NCBI RefSeq assembly: GCF_963921235.1
Contig: NC_086097.1
Coordinates: forward strand, 238,702,001 to 238,766,000
Length of the DNA: 64,000 nt
Direction: 5' to 3'
Source: Mobula hypostoma
Taxonomy: Eukaryota
Shown: positions 11,218 to 23,842 of the stretch, one piece after another
Position numbering within the stretch: position 1 is the stretch's first letter
How the letters are laid out: every line of letters begins with the position of its first letter
The notes under the pieces: model-generated
The model's database searches: none
The model's input: the letters and a program-made list of their open reading frames with translations, nothing else
What the model was told of the DNA's origin: nothing
Position numbers and translations under genes: made by a program

Positions 11218-11837
11218 ACTCGACTAGGGTTAAACGGGGGTGCAGGGGGTTGCTGGGCAGCATAGCTCGAAGGGCTGGAAAGGTCTGTTCCATGCTGTAT
11301 CTCATTAAATAAATAAATAATCAAATGTTGGAAATAGGCTTCCAGACCACAGGTTCAATTACCTAACCTGCTTAACATCGTTAGTAGAAAAACTACTGCA
11401 GCCCTTACAAGATCAAGAAAACAAGGAGATGGAGAAAATATTGAATATAGTTACTGCCAGTTCAGTGTGGTTATGTGCAGCAAACCTTCCAAATTCCTTG
11501 AAAAATGACGGTGATTAGACAAGTGCAACGAAATTTAAGCCTCACAGATTAACTTTCAGAGAGCCTTCTGGAAGATGACACTTCAAAGATTCCAAATAAA
11601 GTCCAAGAATTGGTCGCACCAGGGACCAGGAAACAGACTGGACTGGAGAGGTGAAAGGAATAGTTCTTCAAATGGCAGAAAGTGGAAAGTGCTGTCGTGC
11701 AGTAAAAGGGCCACTTCTGGTCACATATTTTAGGTTCAGTTTCTTCACTCATTTAGTAATTCTTAGCTACATTTTTTACTGTCTCTGCCTAATTCATACT
11801 TGATTATGATTACAGTTTGCATAAACAAGTCTTCCCA

Positions 11838-12480
11838 GGGATCGTCACCTTGTAAGGATTGGGAATTCCTGAGATCCCAAGAGCAATGCTGCCTGGAGCT
11901 TAGCCACGCATGGCAGTAACGTCAAGGTTCCAGACAAAGAGCAATCCAGCCAGGACCTCAACAGTGGGTATGGTGGAAGATGATGATCCTCATGGTAGAG
12001 TGACGGGACGGCTCAGTAGTATAGTGGTTAGCACAACCCTTTACAGTACCAGTGACCCAGGTTCAATTCCCGCTGCTATCTTTAAGAAGCTTGTATATTC
12101 TCCCCGTGACCCCATGGGGTGCTCCAGTTTCCTCCCACAGTCCAAAGACGTACCGGTTGGTAGGTTAATTGGTCATTGCAAATTGTCCCATGACTAGGCT
12201 AGGGTTAAATCAGTGGGATGCTGAGTAGCACGGCTCGTTGGGGCTTATCGGTGCTGTATCTCAATAACTAAATAAATAAATCCCAATGGCAGTGCAGGTG
12301 GAGGAAGGTTGTGATAGTCAAGGGTCCCTAGTTGTCTTGCATTCTGTGCCACAGGACCCTGACCCTGATCTGTCAAGGACCGTGTGGTGGTTGCCCAGGC
12401 ATCGGCCTCGCAACGTTAAACAAAGTCATGCACAGGCCTTCTACATTAAATAAATAACCTCTTGGGAGAACATCATTATC
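11838..12480 (+). mobile_element. RTE (Expander/Rex3-like) 5' leader-derived element, interrupted by a V-SINE
   Basis: cgtcaccttg...gatcccaagagcaatgctgcctggagct...catggca...ccagacaaagagc resembles the fish RTE 5' UTR (recalled, not searched). Confidence 0.45.
12005..12280 (+). mobile_element. V-domain tRNA-derived SINE (HE1-like)
   Basis: A box tagtatagtgg, B box ggttcaattcc, V-domain gtgctccagtttcctcccacagtccaaagacg..ggttaattggtcattg, tail gtgctgtatctcaataa(ataa)n. Confidence 0.88.
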
Positions 12481-13259
12481 GACTCGAATGATCGCTCTAC
12501 TGCGTAAGTAAATGACTTGTACCTGCTGTATTTGATAACAGATTGTTTGTCCTTTCAAGAGTAAGGTCTTGCATAATTATGAGGCAAGCCGTGAATGTTA
12601 TTGCAGTTCATTGATGTTGAGAGATTAGAGTTGTCAGTTTCAGCCTCTAATTGTTTCTGCACGTCTTTTTCTATGAGGAAATGTGTGAACCAATTGCGAC
12701 AAATACCTCAAGATGGTGATTAAAGCCGACCAGAAATAAACGTGAATGAAAGCTTCCCTCTCAGCTCTGAACCGGTTCCACAATCTGCAGGCTCACTTTC
12801 AATGACTCATTTTCTCAGCAATTTTTTTTGGAAAATCTGTGCATTTTGTCTTTTGCACATTGGTCATTTGTCAGTCTCCGTTTATGTATATTTTTCATAA
12901 ATTCCTTCGTATTTCTTCACTTTCCTGTAAATGCTTGGAAGAAAATCAATGTCAAGGTAGTGTATGGTGACATATACAGTATCTACGTTGCAACACACAC
13001 AAAATACCGGAGGAACTCAGCAGGCCAGGCAGCATCTATTGGAAATGAATAGATAGAGAGCCTTCTTCACGGCTGTATGTACTTTGATAATAAATTTACT
13101 TTGACTTTGAGACCAATATCATTTCAACTTAACAACCCTTGTCTGCTGATATCACCTGACCTGCTCAGTGATTCCATCAGTTTCTGGTTCATACTGACAT
13201 TGCTTAGTCCTACGTGATACAAAGAGTCAAGATATTGTTGCGCTTGTATTTATCTATGT

Positions 13260-13540
13260 ATGCATTTATTTATTTATTGAGACACAGGGCGGAGTAGGAC
13301 CTTCCGGACCTTCAAGCCATGCTGCCCAGCAATCCCCCTATTTAATCCTTGCCCAAACATGGGACAATTTACAATGACCAATTAACCTCGCAACTAGTAT
13401 GTCCTTGGACTATGGGAGGAAACCAGAGCACCTGGAGAAAACCCACACAGTCATGAGAAGAGCCAACAAACTCCATTCAGGCATCGGCAGGAATTGAACC
13501 TGGGTTGTAGATACTGTAAAGCTTTGAACTAACCATGTAT
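13260..13540 (-). mobile_element. V-domain SINE
   Basis: Reverse complement of the 12005-12280 family. Confidence 0.82.
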
Positions 13541-13597
13541 ATATTATCTGTGGTTGATCTATTTCAGAGGAACAATACAACTGTAATTAGACTCACA

Positions 13598-13972
13598 ATA
13601 CCATCAGACATAGGAGAAGAATTAGTCCATATGGCCCATCGAGTCTGCTCCATCATGCTTGATTTATTATCCCTTTCAGCTCTGCCTTCTTCCCATAATC
13701 CTTGACACCCTTACTGATCAAGGACCTATCAACCTCCATTTTAAATATACCCAATGACTTGGCCTCCACAGTCATCTGAGACAATGAATTCCACAGATTC
13801 ATCACCCTCTGGCTAAAGATATTCCTCCTCATTTCTATTCTAAATGGATGCCCCTTCATCCAGAGACTGTGCCCTCTGGTCCTAGACTCCCCCACTACAG
13901 GAAACATCCTCTCCACATCCACTCAATCTGAGCCTTTCAGTATTCAATCAGCTTCAATGAAATCCTCCCTTA
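13598..13972 (-). mobile_element. CR1 3' end
   Basis: ORF 13653-13922 (DVERMFPVVGESRTRGHSL..FSQRVMNLWNSL). Confidence 0.88.
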
Positions 13973-14504
13973 TTAAGATAATTAAGACATTTGACAAGCA
14001 GAACCCATGTGCCAACTGCTCATATCAAGCACCAAGATCTGTACTGAATAGGAATTAATCTGCAATGAGATCAGGACTTATGTGAAGAATAATTAGCTAT
14101 CTCTACGAACTCTGTTTATTGATCTCACGAGACATTTGCACAACATAAACAACAAATGTTAATTAATAATGTTCATTAAAAAATCATTTTAGTACCATGA
14201 AAAGAAAATCAAAATCTCTTATGTTTTCTCATTGCTGCCTATCACATACTTAAAATATTTTCTTATAACATCAGCTTTTTCACCTGGAGTCAGAGTAAAA
14301 TAATAGCCATTTTATCAATATAATGCAGTTTGTCAAAATTTAAATAAAAGATTTGAGAACTCAATCTGATGCTTGCTTTAATGTCATTTTGAAATTCTCA
14401 GATACTCACAGAATAAGGAGATAATTTCAGTGTCTAAATTCAGCATCTGTTGGGTTAAACCTGTATATTGGTCATTCGTCTCTTTAAATATTGCCAATCT
14501 GTTG

Positions 14505-15005
14505 GCAGACTTCAACTCATTAAGAATGCTGCTGCTATACTTTTAACCAAAATCACGGTGAGGGAACATATCACTCCCATCTTAACTACTCTACATTCGA
14601 TTCCTGTATCTTTTAGAATCAATTTTAAAGTTCTCTAACTTGTTTTTAAATCTCTCAATGGTTTGGGACCAGAGTACATTACAGAATTGTTTTTGTTTTG
14701 TAATCCTTCTCGAGCTCTCAGGTCTTCTTCGACCAGTCTCTTAAATTTAAACTATTTCCCTCAAAAGATAACTGGTAGGTCAGCTTTTTTGAACTATGCT
14801 CCTAAACTGTGCAATTTAATCCCTAAAACTATTAGGGATACAGACTCAGCTGACAATTTTAAATACTAGCTCAAAACCTTTTTATTTAATCTTACTATTA
14901 ACTTCCATCTCTATGTCTTTTATTTTCATGTTTTCTCTTTATCCCATTGTAAAGCATTTTGACCCACATCATTTGCATGAAAATTTCTCTGTAAATAAGC
15001 TATTA
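14505..15005 (+). mobile_element. L2 LINE 3' end (same family as 8600-9075)
   Basis: LQLIKNAAA..EHITPILTTLH; colinear with 8600-9075. Confidence 0.85.
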
Positions 15006-15210
15006 ATTTTTTTTAATGTGGTGTACGTACATTCCTTCAAACCTGAAGCCACAGAGGCAGGCCTTCAAGCAAGATCTTTAATTAACACCATTTAATCATA
15101 ATATTGTGATATTTAAAATGAATCTTCAATGAAATTTCTTATTCAGAAGTTAACTGCTGAGAAAAAAATGGAGAAGAAAACTTCACACTAAAGTTAATTA
15201 ATCTGCTCTG

Positions 15211-15229
15211 TAGTACCACCTGCTGGCCA
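15211..15229 (-). promoter_or_regulatory. Candidate CTCF-binding motif
   Basis: Minus strand TGGCCAGCAGGTGGTACTA versus consensus TGGCCACCAGGGGGCGCTA, in non-repetitive sequence; motif match only. Confidence 0.4.
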
Positions 15230-15489
15230 CAGTGTGAGCTGACATCTCCAGGTTGTGACATGAATGGGGAAATTTGATTAACAACGTGGTAGGCCTGGAA
15301 TTTTTGCAGTGCCCTACAAGACATTTCTGACAAGAGCTCTGAATTGATAATTGGCATGAAATGTTGGAGACAAATTGTCTGCAATGACACTGGGGAAGAG
15401 CTTAGTATAATAATTATATTTTTAATTACCTTCAGTTAATTTATATCTAGATCTTACTTTGCTTCACATGATCTCAATTAGCACACAGA

Positions 15490-15765
15490 ACCATGTAGTG
15501 TTTAGCACAACACTTTACAGTACCAATGACGCAGGTTCATTTGTCTCCGCTGTCTGCAAGGAGTTTGTACATTCTCCCCATGACTGTGTGGGTTTCTTCC
15601 AGGTGCTCCAGTTTCGTCCAACAGTCCTATGACATACCAGTTGATACATTAATTGGTCATTGTAAATTGTCCTGTGATTAGGCCTGGGTTAAATCAGGGG
15701 TTGCGTGGCTGGAAGGGCTGGAAGGGCCTATTCCAAGCTCTATCTCAATAACTAGATAGATAAAT
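15490..15765 (+). mobile_element. V-domain SINE
   Basis: Same head, V-domain and tail as 12005-12280. Confidence 0.85.
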
Positions 15766-16473
15766 AATGCACAGTGCAGGCCCTTTGGTCCACAGTGTCG
15801 TGCCAACCTTTTTTAAAATCTACTCTAAAATCAATCTGATCAGTCCCTTCTACACAGCCTTCCAGTTTTCTATCCTAACTTGTCTAAATTTCTTAAATGG
15901 CCCTAATTTATCTGCCTCTACCACTAACCCTGGCAGGGAGTTCCACACACCCATCACTCTCTTTGCAAAAAAAAAGCTCCTCTCTGATGTTGCCCATGAA
16001 CTTTCCTCCAAACATCATAAGGTTAAACCCCTGGTATTAGCTATTTCCACTCTGGGAAAAAGTCTGGCCATCCACTCGATCCTCTTATCATCTTGTACAC
16101 CAGGGATGGTAGAGAAATTTTCCTGATTGAGATGCAGAATGACAGCTAAAGTTGTGGGAGGCAACATTGATAATTTTACTCAGAATGCAGGCCTAGATAT
16201 GTGAAGTCATGTGTAAAGTCCAGAATTTGCTGACCTCTCTTTGCAAACCTTTTATTTCCAATTTCTCTCTAACTTTGGTTTCTTCATGACGTTTAGAAAC
16301 ATGTAGCTATTCGGTAGCACTTATGCCGAGATATCACTCCCACTTGTTTAAATTACTCCGAGAGAGGTATTTCTGAGTTGCCGCAGGAATTCATGGTGTG
16401 CCCCTTAGAAACCCCACTATCGAGGATCGTGCAGGTAATTTGAAACCAGGGAACCTCTTCAACTATGAACGTA

Positions 16474-17000
16474 CAGAACTGTGCAAAAGGTCTTCAGCAT
16501 ATGTGCATAGCTAGGGTGCCTAGGACTTCTGCACAAGTAGAGATTTGTCAGCGTGCAGCGGAGAGTGAGGTTGTAAAAGGGATGTTGGAAATGGCGAAGG
16601 TGGAACACAGCGGGAGGGGTTTGGAAAAGATGGCAGAGAAGGAATGCCAGGGGCTGGAGGGGTGGTGCCACAGGTGCAGACACACCCAGTCCTGAGACAC
16701 TAAGCAAGGTCATTGGATTCCACATAATTGGTTTATTGATCATTACAGAATATCTCACTGTTGTTTCCCGCACACTCCCCTCTCCCTTCCCCTTTTCCTC
16801 ATCATGACTCCCCTCTCCTTACCCTTTTTCCCACTTTCAGTTCATAATAGAGACTCATATCAGAGTCAGGTTTATCATCACTCAGATATGTCATGATTTC
16901 TTTTTGCAGCAGTACAGTACAATACATGTAATTATGACAGTGCAATGCAATAGTCTTAGTCACCCTAGCTATATATGTATATGTGCCTAAGTCTCTTACA
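16474..17000 (+). mobile_element. Composite non-autonomous Tc1-like element (mini-MITE, cargo, mini-MITE)
   Basis: Starts ta|cagaactgtgcaaaag; degenerate TIR pairs at both ends; cargo shared with 32110-32642, 55448-56295 and 60880-61300. Confidence 0.7.
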
Positions 17001-17482
17001 TTGAGTTTAGCAGTCCAGCATGGACAACTTGGCACTGGCAGACAATTCTGAACCACCTTTTTATTTTGTTTCGTTTTCTGGAAGTCATCTTGTATTCAAA
17101 TATTCTCTCTTTCAAGATGCCTGTCAAAAATTCAGCACCTATTTATTTAGGCCCAGCTGGAAATCAACTCAGATTCTCAGAAAGCTATGAGATGTATGAC
17201 ACTGAAATTCCAATATGCATAGTGTTAGCTATCTGTAAACAGTTGCTGGAAAGTATTCAGTTAGAACAGTCTGTTCATGCTACACAATTGAAAATTGATT
17301 TACCATGGCTTAAAATTGTGTGAACAACCTCTTCTGGTTTCATTTTGCAAACCCTTCAGTTGACAAGTTTGCTTTTTCAATAGTTGGAATTGCATCTGGG
17401 CAACTGATGCAGTTGCGGAACCTGATGTTATAGAGTCATAGAAAAGTATAGGACAGAACCTGGCCCTTTGGAGCCTTCCAGC

Positions 17483-18750
17483 TGATAAGATCATAAGATA
17501 TAGGAGCATAATCAGGCCATTTGGCCCATCGAGTCTGCTCCACCATTCAGTCTTGGCTGATCCTTTTTCCCCCTCCTCAGTCCCATTCTCCAGCCTTCTC
17601 CCTGTAACTTTTGATTCCTTCTCCAATCGAGAACCTATCAAGCTCTGCCTTACATATACCCAAGGAGCTGACCTCCACAGCTGTCTGTGGTAACAAATTC
17701 CACAAATTCACTACGCTCTGGCTCAGGAAATTTCTCTGTATTTTGGTTTTAAATGGACACCTCTCTATCCTGAGGCTGTGCCCTCTTGTCCTATACTCCC
17801 CCACCACAGGAAACACCCTTTCCACATTTAGTCTGTCTAGGCCTTTTAACATTTGAAAGGTTTCAGTGAGATTCCCCCTCATCCTTCTAAATTCCAGCGA
17901 GTTCAGACCCAGAGCTATCAAACTTTCCTCGTATGATAACCCTTTAATTCCTGGAATCATCCTTGTGAACCTCCTCTGAACCCTCTCCAATGTCAGCACA
18001 TCTTTTCTGAGATAAGGAGCCCTAAACTGTTCACAATACTCAAGGTGAAGCCTCAGCGGTGTCTTATAAAGCCTCAGCATCACACCCCTGCTCTTTTATT
18101 CAAGACCTCTTGAAATGATTGCTAACATGGCATTTGCCTTCCTCACCACTCACCCAACCTGCAAGTTAACCTTTAGGGTGTCCTGCACAAGGACTCCCAA
18201 GTCCCTTTGCATGTCAGATTTTTGGATTTTCTTCCCATTTAGAAAATAGCCTGCACATTTATTTCTATGACCAAAGTGCATGACCATTCATTTTCCAAAA
18301 TTGTATTTCATTTGCCACTCTCTTATCCATTCTCCTAATCTGTCTAAGTCCTTCTGCACAACCTTCCTGTTTCCTCAAAACTACCTGCCCCTCCAGCAAT
18401 CTTCATATCATCTGCAAACTTGGAAACAAAGCCATCTATTCCATCATCTAAGTTATTGATATACAGCATGAAAAACAGTCCCAACACTGACCCCTGCGGA
18501 ACACCACTAGTCAGTAGCAGCCAACCAGAAAAGGATCTTTTTATTCCCACTCGCTGCCTTCGACCAAACAGCCAATGCTCTAACCATGTTAGTAACTTTC
18601 CTGTAATACCATGAGCTCTTAACTTGTTAAACAGCTTCATGTGTAGCACCTTGTCAAACACCTTCAGAAATTCTAAATATATCACACCCACTACATCCCC
18701 TTTATCTATCCTACTTGTAATCTCCTCAAAGAATTTTAACAGGTTAGTCA
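17483..18750 (-). mobile_element. CR1 ORF2 RT and 3' end
   Basis: ORFs 18344-18691 ([16 protein letters not shown]) and 17577-18083; tail gataagatcataag. Confidence 0.93.
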
Positions 18751-18754
18751 GTTA

Positions 18755-19265
18755 GTCAAAATATGTAGATAAGCCAACAAGAGGAGAGGTTGTACTTGAT
18801 CTGGTATTGGGAAATGAACCTGGTTAGGTATCAGGTATCTCAGTGGGAGAGCATTTTGGAGATGGTGGTCACAATTCTACCTCCTTTACCATAGCAGTGG
18901 AGAGGAATAGGAACAGTCAAGTTAGGAAAGTGTTTAATTGGAGTAAGGGAAAATATGAAGCTATTAGGCAGGAACTTGGTAGCAAAAATTGGGAACAGAT
19001 GTTCTCAGGGAAATATACAGAGAAAATATGGCAAACGTTCAGGGGATATTTGCGTGGCGTTCTGCATAGGTATATTCTAATGAGACAGGGAAAGGATGGT
19101 AGGATACAGGAACTGTGGTGTACAAAGGCTGTTGAAAATCTAGTCAAGAAGAAATGAAAAGATTACGAAAGGTTCAAAAAACTCAGTAATGATAGAGACC
19201 TAGAAGATTATAAGGTTAGCAGGAAGGAACTTAAGAATGAAATTAGGAGAGCCAGAAGGGACCAT
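18755..19265 (+). mobile_element. CR1 ORF2 endonuclease/linker fragment
   Basis: PTRGEVVLDLVLGN..VGEHFGDGGHN (APE-type endonuclease C-terminal motifs); the end matches the reverse complement of 3590-3790. Confidence 0.85.
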
Positions 19266-19289
19266 GCTGATACCATTTAAACTGCCTAC

Positions 19290-19600
19290 TCCCATCTACA
19301 TCAAATGAAGAAGTTCTCAGAAGAGTCCAAGCAGTTCAATCACTCATACCAACAATTAGAGAAAGACAACTCAGATTCCTAGCACACATCATGCGGAAAG
19401 ATGAACTAGAAAAACTCATACTCTCTGGAAAGATTGAGGGGAGTAAACCTAGAGGAAGACCTCGGCTTATGTACATCAGAAGCGTAGCCAGGTGGCTACA
19501 CATCGAGGAAATGGAAGTCATCCGAAAACCAAAGGATAGATCTACATGGAAAACCATGGTCACCAAAGTCCGCATCGGATATGGTATCCAGCCAGACTCC
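19290..19600 (+). mobile_element. RTE-clade LINE 3' fragment
   Basis: RQLRFLAHIMRKDELEKLILSGKIEGSKPRGRPR..DRSTWK is the RTE/BovB-type C-terminal signature. Confidence 0.82.
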
Positions 19601-20399
19601 CATCGACCTGCACTAGGACCAAAGCCCTCTATGCCTCTATGAAACTTTGCTTATTCACTAAAGTTGAGTTCACTTGCACCATTTGTACTGGCAGCTCATT
19701 CTGCACTCTCAGGACTCTCTAAGTGAAGACATTTCCCCACGTGTTCCCCTTAAGCTTTTCAGCTTTTACATTTAACCGATAATCTCTGGTTGTAGTCCCA
19801 CCCAGACTTGGTAGATAAAGCCTGCTTGCATGTACCTTATCTAGTCCATCAAGTCTCCATGTGACCTCATTTTCACCTCCTCCCACTATCTCCTGCAGGG
19901 ACATTAACACTCTCTCAGTCCCTGCCGCATCTGTCACTAGATGAGATTTACTGTTCCAAGAGTTCTGAAACATATTTAGAGATACAGCACTCCACCAGGC
20001 CCACCAGGCCCTTCTTGGTCGGTGAGCCCATGCCCCTCAATTATACCCAGGTGACAAATTAACCTACTAACCCATACATCTCCAGAATGCGTGAGGAATC
20101 ATCAAAACATACAGCAAAATGCATTGTTTGCGCCAATGACCAACACAGCCTGAGGATGTGGTGGTGGGGCAGCCTGCAAATGTAGCTATGTTTCCAGCTC
20201 CAACATTGCATACCCACACTCACTGAGCGTAACCCTATCTGCATGCCTTTCCAATGTGCGAGGAGGTCAGAGCACCCGGAAGAATTCTACGGAGTCATGG
20301 GGAGACCATACAAACTCCTTACAGGCAGTAGCAGAATTGAAACTGTGTCACCGGCATTGCACTAACTGCTACACTACCATGCCCCCGCCCCCAGTACGC

Positions 20400-21420
20400 T
20401 ATCGGGCCATCTCTAATGTCTTCCTTTTTCTGGAAAGATGGCTTCAGGGTTTGTGCAGCTTCAGAACTGTATGTCAAACATGCTACAAACAGCACTGGGG
20501 CCCCACAGGGGACTGCTTTGGCTCCCTTCCTGTTTACCCTGTAAACCCTGGACTTCAGATACAACACTGAGTCATGTCGCCTGCAGGAATTCTCTGTTGA
20601 CTCAGCCATAGTTGGGTGTATAAAGGGAGGATGGGAAGATGAATACAAGGGTCCTGGTGGAGGACTTTGTGTCAAAAGGTGCAAGCTGAGTCACATCATC
20701 TGCAGCTCAACATCAGTAAGACAAAGGAGACGGTGATGGACTTCAGGAAGACCAAGCCTGCACTGCTCCCCGTTGCCATTTATGCTGAAGATATGGATGT
20801 GGTGAGGACCTATGAGTACCTAGGGGTACCCCTGGGAGACAGACTTGAGTGAAGCACCAACACAGAGGCTGTGTACAAGAAGGGCTTCCTGAGGAGACTG
20901 AGGTCCTTTGGAGTATGCAAGCATCTACTCCACATGTTCTACCAGTCTGTTGTCACCAGTACAATCTTCTATGCGGTGGTGTGCTGGGGCAAAGGCATCA
21001 ACGTGGGTGGTGCCAATAGGCTCAATAAACTGATTAGAGAGGCTGGCTCTGCTATAGGGGTCAAATACTCCCAAACTGGAGTCTGTGGTAGAACAAATGC
21101 CCCTACGGAAAATCCTTGCAATTCTGGACAATGTTTCTCTCCCTATGCATGCCACCTTGGCTGACAGAAGAGCACTTTTATCAATAGACTAAGACAACTG
21201 TTCTGCCCAAAGAGCTCTATATGAGGTCATTCTTACGTTTGGCCATTAGGCTCTATAATGAGTCAACCTATAGACAGTTAAGTGATGACTCTGCCCTGTT
21301 AAACTGTTTGAGGTAACTTAATTTTTATTTATTCTTCTTACTTCTCTTCTAACATTGTATATCTGTGCGTTTGTAATGCTACTGTGACACTGTAATTTCC
21401 TTTGGGTTCAATAAAGTATC
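20400..21420 (+). mobile_element. Rex1/Babar LINE fragment
   Basis: HLQLNISKTKETVMDFRK..YEYLGV..FLRRLRSFGV..FYQSVV..YAVVCWG; 3' tail aataaagtatct. Confidence 0.88.
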
Positions 21421-21444
21421 TACCTTCCTCTGTACCATAATCGT

Positions 21445-22090
21445 TGGAGCCTTCACTCAAATTTCCTCCATTTCCCGGTCATCTGCTCTCACCCGAGACA
21501 GAGCAGAGATGGAATTCCCTTGGTCCTCATCTTTTAACCACCCCCACCCCAATCAGCTCGCGCAAACAACACATCACCCTTCTCTGTTTTTGCCAACTGC
21601 AATGAGACTCCACCACCAGACATATTTCTTCCCCATTCGGCTTTCCAGGGGGACAGATGGGTCTTTGACTCCTTGTTCTGCTCTTCCTTCCCTACCCACC
21701 TCTCTCCATTCCTGCCACCTTCCATTGCAACTGCAGAAGGTGTGGTGTAGGAACAAATATTACCTCTCTCACCACCAAACAGCCCTCTCACCACCATGCA
21801 AGCACCTAAACAGCCCTTCCACATGAGGCTGAGATTCATATGCACCTTCTCCAACCTTGAAACCAAGCTTCAACAAGGTGACTGTTTTGTAAAGCAAGAG
21901 CCATCTTGAACTTCTGGTCATCAATCATTTTGAACTCCCTTTCCCATTCTAAACCAATTTTATTGTCCTTGGCCTCCTCCCCTGCCATAGTGAGGCTAAG
22001 AATAAACTCAAAGTAAAGCACCTTATACTCAGGCTGTGTAGTCTGCACCCCAATGGGATAAGAACTGAATTTTAAAATTTCACGTAACTC
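21445..22090 (+). mobile_element. Older degraded Penelope-like element (linker and GIY-YIG region)
   Basis: Colinear similarity to 9400-10075 (ttcccttggtcctca, ccttccacatgaggctgagattcatatgc, caccttatactcaggctg, actgaatttt). Confidence 0.7.
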
Positions 22091-22377
22091 ACACGCAGGT
22101 TGTTCCTTTCCCGTTCCTTAATTAGTCCATCTAAGTTCTTTCTTGCTTTGTTCATTGATCCCATCCACAGCCCCTAGTTATCTAGATTCACTACGCTGGG
22201 TTTCACTAGTACATCATATCTCCCCTTAGAGACATAGAAAAGTACAGCACAGAAATACGACCTTCAGCCCATCTAGTCTATTTATATGATTTCATCTATC
22301 ATCTTCCAGATGGTATCTCTATCTTCCCCTCCCCTCCTTCCACCTTGTTCCATCTGTCCATTTTGTTTTGCCTGTGT

Positions 22378-22665
22378 TTGTTTATTTATTGAGTTGCAGC
22401 CCGGAGTAGGACCTTCCAGCCCTTTGAGCCACGCTGCCCAGCAATCCCCGAACGTAATCCTCACCTAATCAAGGGACAATGTGCAATGACCAATTAACCT
22501 ACCAACCGGTACTTCTTTGGACTGTGGGAGGAAACTTGAGCATCCAGTGGAAATCCATGAGTTCATGGTGAGAACGTACAAACTCCTTATAGGCAGCAGC
22601 AGGAATTGAACCCAAGTCACTGACAATGTAAAATGTTATGCCGACCACTATGCCATTGCGCTACC
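22378..22665 (-). mobile_element. V-domain SINE
   Basis: Reverse complement of the 12005-12280 family. Confidence 0.85.
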
Positions 22666-22984
22666 CTGTGTTATTGTATACATCCATGGTCCGCAGATAC
22701 TGTACATCCACGGTCAGCAGAGTCTGTGCACTCAACTCCTGAACTTTGGAGTCAATGAAACTGAATTTTGGGCAGAGTTGAACATAAGGCAACTAACTTA
22801 CAGTGAATTGACTTCTGCTGACGAAAGTACTTCTCTGTCCTGTTGTAGCTGAATTTTATGAAATTGCAGTTATGGTAAAAGACAGTATTTGCTGAGCATA
22901 ACGGACTCTTCTTTTTATTATCAGTCTCATCAATTTCACTTACCATTCCTCTGAGAGAATTAGGTTTCAATATCAAGAAATTAT

Positions 22985-23237
22985 AAAAACACAAGAGGTT
23001 CTGCAGATACTGGAAATCCAGAGCAATGCATACAAAATGCTGACCTGGAGGAACTCAGCACCTCAGGCAGCACCTATGGAAATGTATTAGCACTTAACAT
23101 TTCAGACCAAGACTTCATCATCATGACGTCTGAAGGGTCCTAAAGAAGGGTTTTAGTCTAAGACTTTGGCTGTTTATTCACTTCCATAGCCGCTGCCTGA
23201 CCTGCTGAGTTCCTCCAGCAGTTTGTATACATTACTC
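22985..23237. mobile_element. Older palindromic PLE-terminus insertion
   Basis: ctggaggaactcagca...caggcagc inverted against gctgcctgacctgctgagttcctccag; decayed hammerhead remnants at the centre. Confidence 0.75.
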
Positions 23238-23469
23238 TAATATTGTGAATTTTTCAACTCCTGTCAGTACCTTCTCATCAACATTTGCAAGGATGAGTGA
23301 TTCCACCTTTATTAAAGGGTTGGGTGAAAGATCATGTATGACTGCCTCTGAAATGTTCTCACATCTAAATGACACGAAGAAAAGCGAAATAGATTGGGTA
23401 TTTGATAGTGAGCTTCCTCAGCCTCAATCCAAAATTGTTTCCACAAATGGATACACAACTTTAAAACTG

Positions 23470-23600
23470 AGAAACACAAGGAAGTCTGCAGATGCTGACA
23501 ATCCAAAGCAACACACACAACATGCTGGAGGAACTCAGCAGCTCAGGCTGCCTCTGTGGAAAAAGAGTAAACAGTCGACATTTCAGCTGAGATCCTTCTT
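23470..23600 (-). mobile_element. Single-arm PLE-terminus insert
   Basis: tctgcagatgctg...gctggaggaactcagcag...gtcgacatttcagctgagatccttc, ending in the hammerhead region. Confidence 0.72.
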
Positions 23601-23842
23601 TTTAAAATAGTCATCCTTAAACAAACATCGTTTTCCATGGGATTCAGTTTGTAAAACAAGCTATCAAATGCAATGCTTATTATCCCCATTATGGCACCTC
23701 TTCCTGAAGACGATCTGAGGCACTCTCATCATAGAAAGATGAATGTGGCCATCTTTGAAACAACAAGGGAAGTGATACAACTGCACTTGAAGATGGCTGC
23801 ATATGGTGACAAGAACTATCTGTTTGATCTGAGCTTTAAACT

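Noticed and set aside
12005..12075. tRNA gene-like A and B boxes here and at 51095, 53570 and 62024
   Set aside because: No complete cloverleaf; each continues into a SINE core and tail.
22795..22960. Minus-strand splice-like signals (tctctcag-aggaatg-gtaagt micro-exon; second gtaagt near 22800)
   Set aside because: A 7-nt candidate with a short pyrimidine tract and no recognisable peptide; such motifs are expected by chance in 64 kb.
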